NCBI GenBank assembly: GCA_964495505.1
Contig: CAZBVM010000001.1
Location: 3,783 to 61,620 of the forward strand
Direction: 5' to 3'
DNA from: an uncultured Candidatus Saccharibacteria bacterium
GTDB lineage: Bacteria; Patescibacteriota; Minisyncoccia; UBA10092
Length of the DNA stretch: 57,838 nucleotides
Positions 26,515-34,474 of this stretch are shown here, piece after piece; the stretch's first letter is position 1, and each line of letters opens with the position of its first letter. The notes under the pieces were generated by a model. The model did not search any database, was not told the origin of the DNA, and worked only from the letters and a program-made list of their open reading frames with translations. A program made the translations under genes and the position numbers.

Positions 26515-26874
26515 ATGCCTGAAAACAAAAAACCAAAAACTTATAACATCGATGCGACGGAAAAATCTTTAGGCCGGTTGGCCAGTGAAATTGCGGTTAT
26601 TTTAAGAGGAAAAAAAGAAGTAATTTATCTCCCGCATTTAGACCCTATGATAATAGTTAAGGTAACTAATATAGGCAAAGTACTGCTGACCGGTAAGAAA
26701 GCGGTTCAGAAAATCTATAAATACCATACTGGTTATCCCGGCGGTTTAAAAAAAGTTGGTTATCTTGAATTAACCAAAAAAAATCGGGGAAAAGCTTTAA
26801 AGTTAGCGGTTTTAAGGATGCTTCACAAAAATCGACTGCGAGCTAAACTAATAAAGCGATTAATAGTTGAATAA
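26515..26874 (+). CDS. rplM: 50S ribosomal protein L13
   Basis: GRLAS.IA..LRGK, YKYHTGYPGGLK, MLHKNRL. Confidence 0.93.
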   Translation: MPENKKPKTYNIDATEKSLGRLASEIAVILRGKKEVIYLPHLDPMIIVKVTNIGKVLLTGKKAVQKIYKYHTGYPGGLKKVGYLELTKKNRGKALKLAVLRMLHKNRLRAKLIKRLIVE

Positions 26875-26875
26875 T

Positions 26876-27295
26876 ATGGCGCTAAAAACCAAAATATCAC
26901 AACTCAATAAATATTACGAGGCCATAGGCAGAAGAAAAACGGCGGTGGCCAGAGTTAGATTTTGGCCAAACAGTAGTAAACAGGAAATAATTGTAAATAA
27001 CAAAAATTATCTTGATTATTTCCCAGGGAAAGAAATGCAGGATGTATTAATGGAGCCGATTGCTAAAAGCGAGATTAAAAATTACAAAATTTCTGTCAAA
27101 GTTTTTGGCGGCGGGCTTAGGGCCCAGGCCTATGCCCTGCGACACGGATTGAGCCGAGCCATTGTTTTGGCGCATCCGGAATCTAAAAATATTTTAAAAA
27201 CATTCGGTTTTCTAACCCGTGATCCACGGATGAAAGAAAGGAAAAAAGCTGGCCTAAAAGGTGCTCGCCGCGCTCCCCAATGGTCGAAGAGGTAA
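26876..27295 (+). CDS. rpsI: 30S ribosomal protein S9
   Basis: GRRKTAVARV, GGG...QA.A.RHG.SRAL, and C-terminal RDPR.KERKK.GLKGARRAPQWSKR. I prefer ATG 26876 over the track's TTG 26867. Confidence 0.93.
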   Translation: MALKTKISQLNKYYEAIGRRKTAVARVRFWPNSSKQEIIVNNKNYLDYFPGKEMQDVLMEPIAKSEIKNYKISVKVFGGGLRAQAYALRHGLSRAIVLAHPESKNILKTFGFLTRDPRMKERKKAGLKGARRAPQWSKR

Positions 27296-27351
27296 ACAAA
27301 TTCAACAGACGTATAATATTTTAAAAGAAATAGCCGCGATTTTCGCGGCTA

Positions 27352-27381
27352 TTGACTTTATGACTATATACGTGATATAAT
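27352..27381 (+). promoter_or_regulatory. Sigma70-like promoter (TTGACT-N18-TATAAT) for the lipoprotein gene
   Basis: Read directly. It lies about 100 nt upstream of an AAGGAG SD and ATG 27481. Confidence 0.5.
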
Positions 27382-27480
27382 GTCATCAATATTAGTTCCT
27401 TGGCGTCGAGCGGTATCCCATAGCGAGGTATCGTTGATCGATGCAAAAAACCTTTAAAGTTAAGCAGAAGGAGACACCCG

Positions 27481-27849
27481 ATGAAGAGAGGAATAATCTT
27501 ATTGTTAGTTCTAATGCCTGTCGCATTACTCACGGGCTGTGGCCTCAACCCCAGGCCTGGCAGTGGCGAGAAGATCGGACAAATCGTCAAGCTCAGCAAA
27601 CAGGGTATGTTTTGCCAGACGTGGGAGGGGCAGCTCATCCGTGGCGGAATGATAAGTGGCAGCGGCGCCTTCGGTATCGTACCTTTCGACTTCACCGTCG
27701 AGAACGATGAGCTTGCCCAAAAGGTCCTGAAGTATATGCAAGACCAGACGGAAGTCGTCATCAAGTACCGCATGGAGGGCGTTTACGCTGTATGCCGTAG
27801 CGACAGCAGGGGCCACTTCCTCGTCAGCATCGAACCCGCCAAGAAGTAA
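27481..27849 (+). CDS. Putative lipoprotein (strongly GC-rich orphan)
   Basis: Signal peptide plus lipobox MKRGIILLLVLMPVALLTGC. It has its own promoter, SD and terminator. Composition differs sharply from the flanks, and the GC-rich sequence generates long shadow ORFs on the other strand. Confidence 0.75.
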   Translation: MKRGIILLLVLMPVALLTGCGLNPRPGSGEKIGQIVKLSKQGMFCQTWEGQLIRGGMISGSGAFGIVPFDFTVENDELAQKVLKYMQDQTEVVIKYRMEGVYAVCRSDSRGHFLVSIEPAKK

Positions 27850-27867
27850 GCCGCAATGACCTAAAAG

Positions 27868-27917
27868 GCGCGTGGGAAATCGCATCAAGCGATTCTCTCC
27901 CACGCGCTGTTTTTTTT
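27868..27917. terminator. Strong hairpin terminator (likely bidirectional)
   Basis: gcgcgtggga...tcccacgcgc (10-bp stem) followed by tgtttttttt. It sits between convergent genes. Confidence 0.75.
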
Positions 27918-27918
27918 A

Positions 27919-28806
27919 TTATTCTATATTTATTTTGTATAGAGTTGATTTTTCTTTGCCGGTTTCGAAAAAATAAATATCAGAGTTTTTATTGTCCCAA
28001 AAAATTGGTGGGCTAATGTTTAAATAAAATTTAACGCTATTTCGCTTGCCGCCGCGGTTATCTCTTTCGGTAATTGTTAATTCGCTGCCGGTAGACCAGA
28101 TGATGTGCTCCGAATCTTTAAGCCAATCTAAAAACAATATTGGTGACTCCAAAATGGCAATCATTTCTTTTTCTCCCGCTTTTTTAGACGGTTCTTCTTT
28201 TACATCATTCAAATAATCAATCCAAATCTGGTTATCTGCGATATAAAGTTTTTTATTTTTATCGGGAGATACTAGTTCGGTGGAAGTCGCAACTTCAAGT
28301 TTTTCTTTTGATATAAACTGTCCTTTAGTATCATAAACCCTAGTAGCTCCAGTTTTTTTATTGTTTATTACTTTTATTGTTTTGTCTGTAACTTCAAAAT
28401 CTGATATTTTTTGCGCTGGCAATTCGGCTACTTTAACTCTTTTAAGGTCTAAAGGAAGTAAGATTACGGAAACTAATTCAGTTACAAGGCCATTTTTAAC
28501 TTGAACCATTTTGTTCCACGGATAATATCCATCCTTATAAATAAAAAGATTATAATTTTTAGGAGCAAGATTGTCTATTAGTTTTGTGTAATTTAGCAGA
28601 CCAGAGGTTAAACCGGCATATTGGTCGTTAACATATATTTTAGCGCCGGAAACTGTAGTTTTAATAAAAATGCCGCCGGTTTTAACTGCTTTAAAGGAGT
28701 CAAAATCAAAACGCCACCCTTGGGCAAAAAGGATTATGATAATGCTGGCAATGGCAAACAGAGCAACAAAAATCCAAAAAATAAAACGTCTAAATTTTAT
28801 AGTCAT
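27919..28806 (-). CDS. PEGA-domain membrane-anchored protein
   Basis: N-terminal TM segment. GAKIYVNDQYAGLT...NLFIYKDGYYPWNKMVQV is PEGA-like. I prefer ATG 28806 (MTIKFRRF); the track's GTG 28827 is also possible. Confidence 0.6.
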   Translation of the reverse strand: MTIKFRRFIFWIFVALFAIASIIIILFAQGWRFDFDSFKAVKTGGIFIKTTVSGAKIYVNDQYAGLTSGLLNYTKLIDNLAPKNYNLFIYKDGYYPWNKMVQVKNGLVTELVSVILLPLDLKRVKVAELPAQKISDFEVTDKTIKVINNKKTGATRVYDTKGQFISKEKLEVATSTELVSPDKNKKLYIADNQIWIDYLNDVKEEPSKKAGEKEMIAILESPILFLDWLKDSEHIIWSTGSELTITERDNRGGKRNSVKFYLNISPPIFWDNKNSDIYFFETGKEKSTLYKINIE

Positions 28807-28883
28807 ACGGAAATTACCGTAACACACTTTCTAAACTCGCGCAATTTGAAACGACAACAAATTTATCATATAATATTCGCACT

Positions 28884-30131
28884 ATGGCTGAATATTTCAT
28901 TATAAACGGCGGGGAAAAATTAGAGGGTGAGATCACTGTCGGTATTGCTAAAAACGCGGTTTTGAAAATTTTAGCCGCTTCTATTTTAGCGTCGCAACCC
29001 GTTAAAATTGCTAAATTTCCGGAGATTGAAGATGTCAGCCGAATGAAAGAACTTCTTACTGATTTGGGCGCTAAATTTTCTGGCAATTTTATAAATTCTT
29101 CGGAAATAAAAAAAACAGATTTAAATTACAAAATTGCCGATAAATTCAGAGCTTCTATTGTTTTGACGGGACCGCTTCTTGCAAAGTTCGGCAAGGTTTC
29201 GTTCCCTCATCCCGGTGGCTGTACTTTAGGTAAACGGCCAATTGATTTTTTTATCGACGGCTTTAAGTCCTTCGGAGCTAATGTTAAAAGAAAGGGATCT
29301 ATTTTTACCGTATTTGCCAACAAACTTATTGGCAATAAATTTGTTTTTCCGATAATAAGTGTAACTGGAACCGAAAATTTAATGATGGCGGCGGCGCTGG
29401 CTCGGGGGAAAACAATTTTAAAAAATGCCGCTTGCGAACCGGAAATAGAAGATCTGGCCGTTTTTTTAAATTCTTTGGGAGCTAAAATTTCCGGAGCTGG
29501 CACGCCCTCAATTTCAATTGAAGGTGTGAAAAAACTTAATGGCGGCGTTTGGAATGGTTTTCCTGACAGAATTGAATCCGGAACTTTTGTAATTCTGGCA
29601 GTCGCCAGTAAAAGCAATATCAAAATAAAAAATTGCAATTCCGATCACTTGGAAGTGCTATTGACACTGCTTCAAAAAGCCGGCGCTGACCTTGAAATTG
29701 GCGCTGACTATGTTATAGTAAAACCCGTCAGAAATCTTCGCGCTATTAACGTTAAAACCCGTGAATATCCCGGTTTTGCCACCGATCTCCAAGCGCCGCT
29801 TACCGTTCTGTTGACGCAAGCCAGCGGCAATTCATTGGTTCATGAAACAATTTATGAGGGTCGTTTGTTTTACACCGATATCTTAAATCAGATGGGCGCG
29901 AATATTATTATAGCTGATCCGCACCGGGTTATTGTGCAAGGTCCCAGTAAATTACATGGTAAAAAAATTTACAGTCCTGATATTCGCGCCGGAATGGCTT
30001 TAATTATTGCGGCACTTTTAGCAAAAGGCCAAAGCATTGTGGATAATATTTACCAAATTGATAGGGGATACGAAAAAATTGATGAACGCTTGCGAGCATT
30101 GGGAGCGGATATCCAACGCGTAAAAAAATAA
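28884..30131 (+). CDS. murA: UDP-N-acetylglucosamine 1-carboxyvinyltransferase
   Basis: GEI.V.G.KNA.L.ILAA..LA, active-site PGGCTLGKRPID, and DRGYEKIDERLRALGA. Confidence 0.95.
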   Translation: MAEYFIINGGEKLEGEITVGIAKNAVLKILAASILASQPVKIAKFPEIEDVSRMKELLTDLGAKFSGNFINSSEIKKTDLNYKIADKFRASIVLTGPLLAKFGKVSFPHPGGCTLGKRPIDFFIDGFKSFGANVKRKGSIFTVFANKLIGNKFVFPIISVTGTENLMMAAALARGKTILKNAACEPEIEDLAVFLNSLGAKISGAGTPSISIEGVKKLNGGVWNGFPDRIESGTFVILAVASKSNIKIKNCNSDHLEVLLTLLQKAGADLEIGADYVIVKPVRNLRAINVKTREYPGFATDLQAPLTVLLTQASGNSLVHETIYEGRLFYTDILNQMGANIIIADPHRVIVQGPSKLHGKKIYSPDIRAGMALIIAALLAKGQSIVDNIYQIDRGYEKIDERLRALGADIQRVKK

Positions 30132-30162
30132 TTTTCAATTTCTAATTTCTAATTTTCAATTT
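30132..30162. repeat. AT-rich TTTCAATTTCTAA repeat (inverted copy of the TTAGAAATTGAAAAT motif)
   Basis: attttcaatttctaatttctaattttcaattt abuts the mreB ATG. Confidence 0.8.
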
Positions 30163-31176
30163 ATGAGTTTATTTACTAAAAAAATTGGAATTGATCTCGG
30201 CACTGTTAATACTCTGGTATTTATTCCCGGACACGGCATTATCTTAAACGAGCCCACCGTAGTAGCGATTTCTCCTGATAACAACGCCGTTTTAGCTATT
30301 GGTATAGAAGCTCAAACGATGATTGGTCGTACTCCTGAAAACATAATTGCCAAAAAACCGATGCGTGACGGTGTTATTGCTGATTATAAAATTACCGAAG
30401 CCATGCTTAGATACTTTATTGGTAAAAGTATGGGCAGATTCCAATTAATAAAACCAGAAGTTTTAGTGACCGTGCCGTCCGGCTCCAGTTCAACAGAAAG
30501 AAGAGCCGTTATTGATGCTGCCGTCAATGCCGGCGCTAGAGCTGCTTATATTGTTAAAGAACCGGTTTTAGCCGCCATAGGAGCCAACGTGCCAATTAAT
30601 TCGGCTTCTGGCAATTTAATTATGTCAGTTGGCGGCGGTACTACCGAGGTGGCGGTTATTTCTTTGGGTGGCATAGTGACTTCTCACTCAAGAAGAGTGG
30701 GAGGCAATAAACTCGACCAAGCAATTATTGATTATTTAAAACGGCGGCACAATTTAGCTATCGGTGAAAGAACCGCGGAAAGGATAAAAATTGAAATTGG
30801 TTCGGCTCTGCCGATAAAAGATGAACTTCACATCGGTGTTCGGGGTCGGGATATATTAACTGGCTTACCGCGGAACATTAACATTAGTACCAATGAAGTT
30901 GTTGAAGCGATTTCCGAACGGCTTAAAGAAATTGTCGGAGCTGTCAAACTGGTATTGGCTCAAACTCCGCCCGAATTGTCAGCCGATATAATGGATAAAG
31001 GAATAATTTTATCCGGCGGAACAGCACTCTTAAGGAATTTTGACGAGCTAATAATAAAGGCCACCGGAGTTCCGGTATACGTTGCCGAAGAACCACTATT
31101 TTGCGTCGCTAAAGGCGCGGGCTTGGTTTTAGAAAATTTGGATTTTTATAAACAAAGTATTATGGCCAGACGATAA
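30163..31176 (+). CDS. mreB: Rod-shape protein MreB (canonical motifs)
   Basis: IGIDLGTVNTLVF, EPTVVA, VGGGTTEVAVISLGG. Confidence 0.93.
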   Translation: MSLFTKKIGIDLGTVNTLVFIPGHGIILNEPTVVAISPDNNAVLAIGIEAQTMIGRTPENIIAKKPMRDGVIADYKITEAMLRYFIGKSMGRFQLIKPEVLVTVPSGSSSTERRAVIDAAVNAGARAAYIVKEPVLAAIGANVPINSASGNLIMSVGGGTTEVAVISLGGIVTSHSRRVGGNKLDQAIIDYLKRRHNLAIGERTAERIKIEIGSALPIKDELHIGVRGRDILTGLPRNINISTNEVVEAISERLKEIVGAVKLVLAQTPPELSADIMDKGIILSGGTALLRNFDELIIKATGVPVYVAEEPLFCVAKGAGLVLENLDFYKQSIMARR

Positions 31177-31341
31177 ATAAAATTTACAATTATCAATTTA
31201 CAATTTTCACTAAATTTTCAATAAATCAATTTTCAAATCGTTTGAAAATTAAAAATTAAATCATTGATTGAAAATTGTTCCGACCTTGTCGAGAATCCTC
31301 GATAAAATCGGGAAAAATTAGAAATTGAAAATTAGATATCT
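31177..31341. repeat. AT-rich intergenic repeat (longest family member) with embedded GC hairpin
   Basis: An imperfect long palindrome is centred on caaatcgtttg. It shares about 45 nt with 7212-7256. The hairpin is ccgaccttgtcgagaatcctcgataaaatcgg. TTAGAAATTGAAAATTA lies 9 nt before the ATG. Confidence 0.8.
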
Positions 31342-32127
31342 ATGAATCGTTATCAAAAAATTATTAACTATCTAGAGTTATGTGTACAGAAAGATATGCT
31401 GTCACATGCCTATATTTTTTACGGGCCCGATGAATCGGCTAAAAAAGCAGTTGCTTTAAAGTTTGCAGATAAAATTTTCAATCGAAGTATCAACGACAAC
31501 TTTAGTTTTAATCCGGATTTAATTTTAACTTCGGCCGATGCCGATGAAGAGAGGTCTATAAATTTAATCAGACAACTCAAAAAGTTCCTGAATCTGAGTC
31601 CCTGTTGTGGACGCTATAAAATAGCGATAATAGATGCGGCCCACAAGTTAAATATTTATGCGCAAAGTGCTTTGCTTAAAATTTTTGAAGAGGCGCCCAT
31701 TCACGCAATTATTATACTCTGCGCTAAAACAATCGATGGGATCCCTGAAACTATCGCTTCTCGCGGCGTAAAATTGCCTTTTTGGGGTCAAAATAACAAT
31801 CTGCCGCCGGCGGACTTCGTCACGCCAAAGGCTGACTTCGTCCAGCCGACGGCGGATGAAAAGATTATTGAAACTTTTAACGAAATTATTGTCGGCGACC
31901 CAAAAGATCCGCACCGTATCTTTGAAAAGTTTAATGACTATGCGGCAATTGAAATTTTCAAATCATGGCTTTGGTATTTGCGAACTAAATTTTTACTTAA
32001 TCCGAATCAAAAATTATATAATTTATTAAAAATAAGCCAAAATATTTTTTTTAAATTAAATGAAACAAACATTAATCCGAAATTCGCTTATGATGAATTA
32101 TTATTAGGTTTAGCCATTACAAACTAA
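31342..32127 (+). CDS. holB: DNA polymerase III delta' subunit (degenerate P-loop)
   Basis: HAYIFYGPDESAKK (no GxGK), IIDAAHKLN, ALLKIFEEAP, ASRG. Confidence 0.75.
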   Translation: MNRYQKIINYLELCVQKDMLSHAYIFYGPDESAKKAVALKFADKIFNRSINDNFSFNPDLILTSADADEERSINLIRQLKKFLNLSPCCGRYKIAIIDAAHKLNIYAQSALLKIFEEAPIHAIIILCAKTIDGIPETIASRGVKLPFWGQNNNLPPADFVTPKADFVQPTADEKIIETFNEIIVGDPKDPHRIFEKFNDYAAIEIFKSWLWYLRTKFLLNPNQKLYNLLKISQNIFFKLNETNINPKFAYDELLLGLAITN

Positions 32128-32217
32128 TGGAATATATTTTTAAAATTGTAGGTGGGGGCGAGCCAAATTTGCGAAGCAAATTTGGGGCTAAGCAATTTTA
32201 AAAATATATTCCATTAG
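32124..32217. repeat. Nested hairpin with 25-bp perfect inverted repeats overlapping the holB stop codon
   Basis: ctaatggaatatatttttaaaattg ... caattttaaaaatatattccattag. The inner stem is ccaaatttgc-gaa-gcaaatttgg. Confidence 0.95.
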
Positions 32218-32230
32218 TTTGAACTTTTTC

Positions 32231-32782
32231 ATGGAAATCTTAGAAATATTTAAAAATGAATTAGAAAAAATAGAGGAGTCTTTGAAAGTTGAATTTTCTT
32301 CTTTGCGTATCGGTCGCGCCACGCCAGCGCTTGTTGAAAACATTTTGGTTGATTGTTACGGCTCAAAAGTTCCCGTAAAACAACTGGCTTCTATTTCCGC
32401 TCCGGAGCCCAGAATTTTAATCATTGAGCCGTGGGATAGAACCGTTTTACCCAATCTGGAAAAAGCTATTATAACTTCCGATTTGAATTTAAACCCCGTT
32501 GTTGACAAAAATTTAATCAGGATAAGCATTCCGCCTCTGACCGAAGAACGAAGAAAAGCTTTAATCAAAATTCTCGGTTCTAAATTAGAAGAAGCTAAAA
32601 TCAAATACCGCGGCAGCCGGGATAAGATAATGAAAGAAATCAACGAGCTGTTTGATGCCAAAAAAATTACCGAGGATGAAAAATTCAAAATGAAAGAAGA
32701 GGTTCAAAAATTAATTAATTCAACCAATCAAAATTTGGAAAATTTATTAAAATCTAAAGAAGAAGAAATCAAGAGGGGATGA
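32231..32782 (+). CDS. frr: Ribosome recycling factor
   Basis: LRIGRATPALVENI.V..YG...P..Q.A.IS.PE.R...I.PWD, and LTEERRK. I prefer ATG 32231 over the track's TTG 32219. Confidence 0.93.
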   Translation: MEILEIFKNELEKIEESLKVEFSSLRIGRATPALVENILVDCYGSKVPVKQLASISAPEPRILIIEPWDRTVLPNLEKAIITSDLNLNPVVDKNLIRISIPPLTEERRKALIKILGSKLEEAKIKYRGSRDKIMKEINELFDAKKITEDEKFKMKEEVQKLINSTNQNLENLLKSKEEEIKRG

Positions 32783-32796
32783 CCCAATAATAAAAG

Positions 32797-33885
32797 ATGA
32801 TTACTTTACTTATATTTATTTTAATTTTAGTAATTTTGGTTTTAGTTCATGAATTCGGCCATTTTATTATTGCCAAAAAAAGCGGTTTAACGGTGGAAGA
32901 ATTTGGTTTTGGTTTTCCTCCGAGAATTTTCAGCTGGAAATCCGGTGAAACAATTTATTCAATAAATCTTTTGCCTTTGGGCGGTTTCGTTAAAATTTTG
33001 GGCGAAAATGACGGAGAGACCGGTAATCCAAAAAGTTTTGCTTCAAAATCAGCCGGGGTGCGCGGCTTGATTACTTTTGCTGGAGTCGCGATGAATTTCG
33101 CGCTCGGCGCGCTACTTTTAATTATTGGATTTTACATCGGATTGCCTCAAGTTTTAAGCAAAGAAACTGAGGCGCTTGCTAAAAATATTCAAATTCAAAT
33201 TGTTGCGATAGCTCACGATTCACCGGCGGAAAAAGCGAACTTAAAGCTCGGCGATTCCATAGAAGGTTTTTCCGCCAAAGGCGAGATCTCGCCCCTTTGG
33301 GGCGGAGAAGAAGTTTCAATTCTTCAAGGTTTCATCGGTGAAAATAAGGGCAAAGAAATAATTTTAAAAATTAAAAGAGGGGAAGAAAATTTAGAAATAA
33401 AAACCATTCCCAGAGTAAATCCGCCGGAAGGAGAAGGCGCTTTGGGAGTAGCGCTGGCAAAAACAGGAATCGTTTCTTATCCATGGTATCAGAGCATTTG
33501 GCTGGGCGTAAAATCAGCGTTTATTATAACCTGGGAAATAATAAAAGGATTTTTTGGACTGATTAAAAATCTTGTAACTGCCGGGAAGATACCCCAAGAA
33601 GTTTCCGGCCCGGTGGGGATTGCGGTATTGGCCGGTCAGGCGACGGCTCTCGGGTTTGTTTATCTTTTGCAACTAGTGGCTTTAATTTCACTTAATCTCG
33701 CTGTTTTAAACTTAATTCCTTTTCCGGCTTTGGACGGCGGCCGGTTGTTATTTTTAGGCATAGAAAAAATCAAGGGCAGTAAGGTCAACCCCAAGATTGA
33801 AAACGCCATTCATTCAGTCGGCATCGTTTTGCTCCTCACCCTCGTCGCGCTGATAACCTACAGGGATATCTTAAAACTTCTGTAA
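32797..33885 (+). CDS. rseP: RIP site-2 metalloprotease RseP (M50) with PDZ
   Basis: HEFGHFIIAK, NLLPLGGFV, and C-terminal NLIPFPALDGG. Confidence 0.92.
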   Translation: MITLLIFILILVILVLVHEFGHFIIAKKSGLTVEEFGFGFPPRIFSWKSGETIYSINLLPLGGFVKILGENDGETGNPKSFASKSAGVRGLITFAGVAMNFALGALLLIIGFYIGLPQVLSKETEALAKNIQIQIVAIAHDSPAEKANLKLGDSIEGFSAKGEISPLWGGEEVSILQGFIGENKGKEIILKIKRGEENLEIKTIPRVNPPEGEGALGVALAKTGIVSYPWYQSIWLGVKSAFIITWEIIKGFFGLIKNLVTAGKIPQEVSGPVGIAVLAGQATALGFVYLLQLVALISLNLAVLNLIPFPALDGGRLLFLGIEKIKGSKVNPKIENAIHSVGIVLLLTLVALITYRDILKLL

Positions 33886-33938
33886 CTTTCGTATATCGCA
33901 TGATCGTTTGTTATACGACATTAAGTTTAATCAACTGT

Positions 33939-33968
33939 ATAATAATTTAGCTATAGCTAAATTATTAT
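33939..33968. repeat. Perfect 30-bp palindrome, copy 2
   Basis: ataataatttagctatagctaaattattat. It differs from copy 1 at positions 8 and 23, which are mirror positions, so it remains a perfect palindrome. Confidence 0.95.
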
Positions 33969-33998
33969 AATTTTTAATTTTTAATTTTTAATTTTTAA

Positions 33999-34038
33999 TT
34001 TTCGTAATATCCCAACGATCGTTGCTGATTTCCGAAAG
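33999..34038 (-). repeat. Conserved 40-nt box, copy 2 (inverted orientation)
   Basis: The reverse complement reads (c)tttcggaaatcagcaacgatcgttgggatattacgaaaa. It is joined to the palindrome by (AAAAATT)~5. Confidence 0.9.
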
Positions 34039-34099
34039 ATGAAAAATAAATAAACCGCTGGGCGAACCATGCGGTAGTGTAATCAGAGGCGTTTAAATG

Positions 34100-34342
34100 T
34101 TATTTAAAAAGCCTTTCTTTACTCATATAAACGTAATTCGGAGGATATTCCGCAGGCGGGATGTCGTCAAGAGGCATGTCAGTTACAAAAGCCACAATGG
34201 CTTCAGACGCCAATTCTTCTAATTTTCTCTCTCTTTCGGAACATGCGAGACATTTTTCTCCGTGTTCGATATATTCATCTAGCTTACGATCAAGTTCCCG
34301 CATAGGTAAGCTATAAAAATTCTTATGTTCCTCGCACGTCAT
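34100..34342 (-). CDS. Hypothetical protein (orphan, 80 aa, CxxC-containing)
   Basis: ATG after GGAGGGG, with its own near-consensus promoter. No recognised domain. Confidence 0.5.
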   Translation of the reverse strand: MTCEEHKNFYSLPMRELDRKLDEYIEHGEKCLACSERERKLEELASEAIVAFVTDMPLDDIPPAEYPPNYVYMSKERLFK

Positions 34343-34380
34343 TTGGCCCCTCCATATTTATAGTCTAATTGTTTATTATA

Positions 34381-34409
34381 AGTATATAACAATTATTTAT
34401 CATTGTCAA
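34381..34409 (-). promoter_or_regulatory. Near-consensus sigma70 promoter (TTGACA-N17-TATACT) for the 80-aa ORF
   Basis: The minus strand reads ttgacaatgataaataattgttatatact. Confidence 0.55.
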
Positions 34410-34474
34410 TGTTTTCGGAGTGGCGAGATTTGTTGTAGAATATAAATACTTAATTTAAATAAACACAAAATTAT

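Noticed and set aside
27321-27903. The track's long antisense ORFs could be real genes. These are 27321-27773 and 27526-27903 here, plus 3117-3299, 4230-4694, 15366-15770, 25711-26061, 29207-29638, 36317-36691, 40101-40493, 42928-43305, 47584-48069, 53030-53341, 56965-57360 and other short internal ORFs.
   Set aside because: They lie entirely inside or antisense to well-supported genes and have odd composition (Cys/Arg/Ser-rich or low complexity). They are best explained as shadow ORFs, especially opposite GC-rich inserts.
33969-34001. The AT-rich tandem repeats here, and at 7203-7299 and 31177-31341, could be CRISPR arrays.
   Set aside because: The units are 7 nt or irregular, there is no repeat-spacer periodicity, and there are no cas genes.
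18931-34038. The inverted box and palindrome copies at 18.9 kb and 34.0 kb could be the ends of a 15-kb composite transposon.
   Set aside because: The interval holds alaS, the infA-to-rpsI ribosomal block, rpoA, murA, mreB, holB, frr and rseP, with no transposase. Each repeat is better explained as the 3' part of its own small orphan-gene module.
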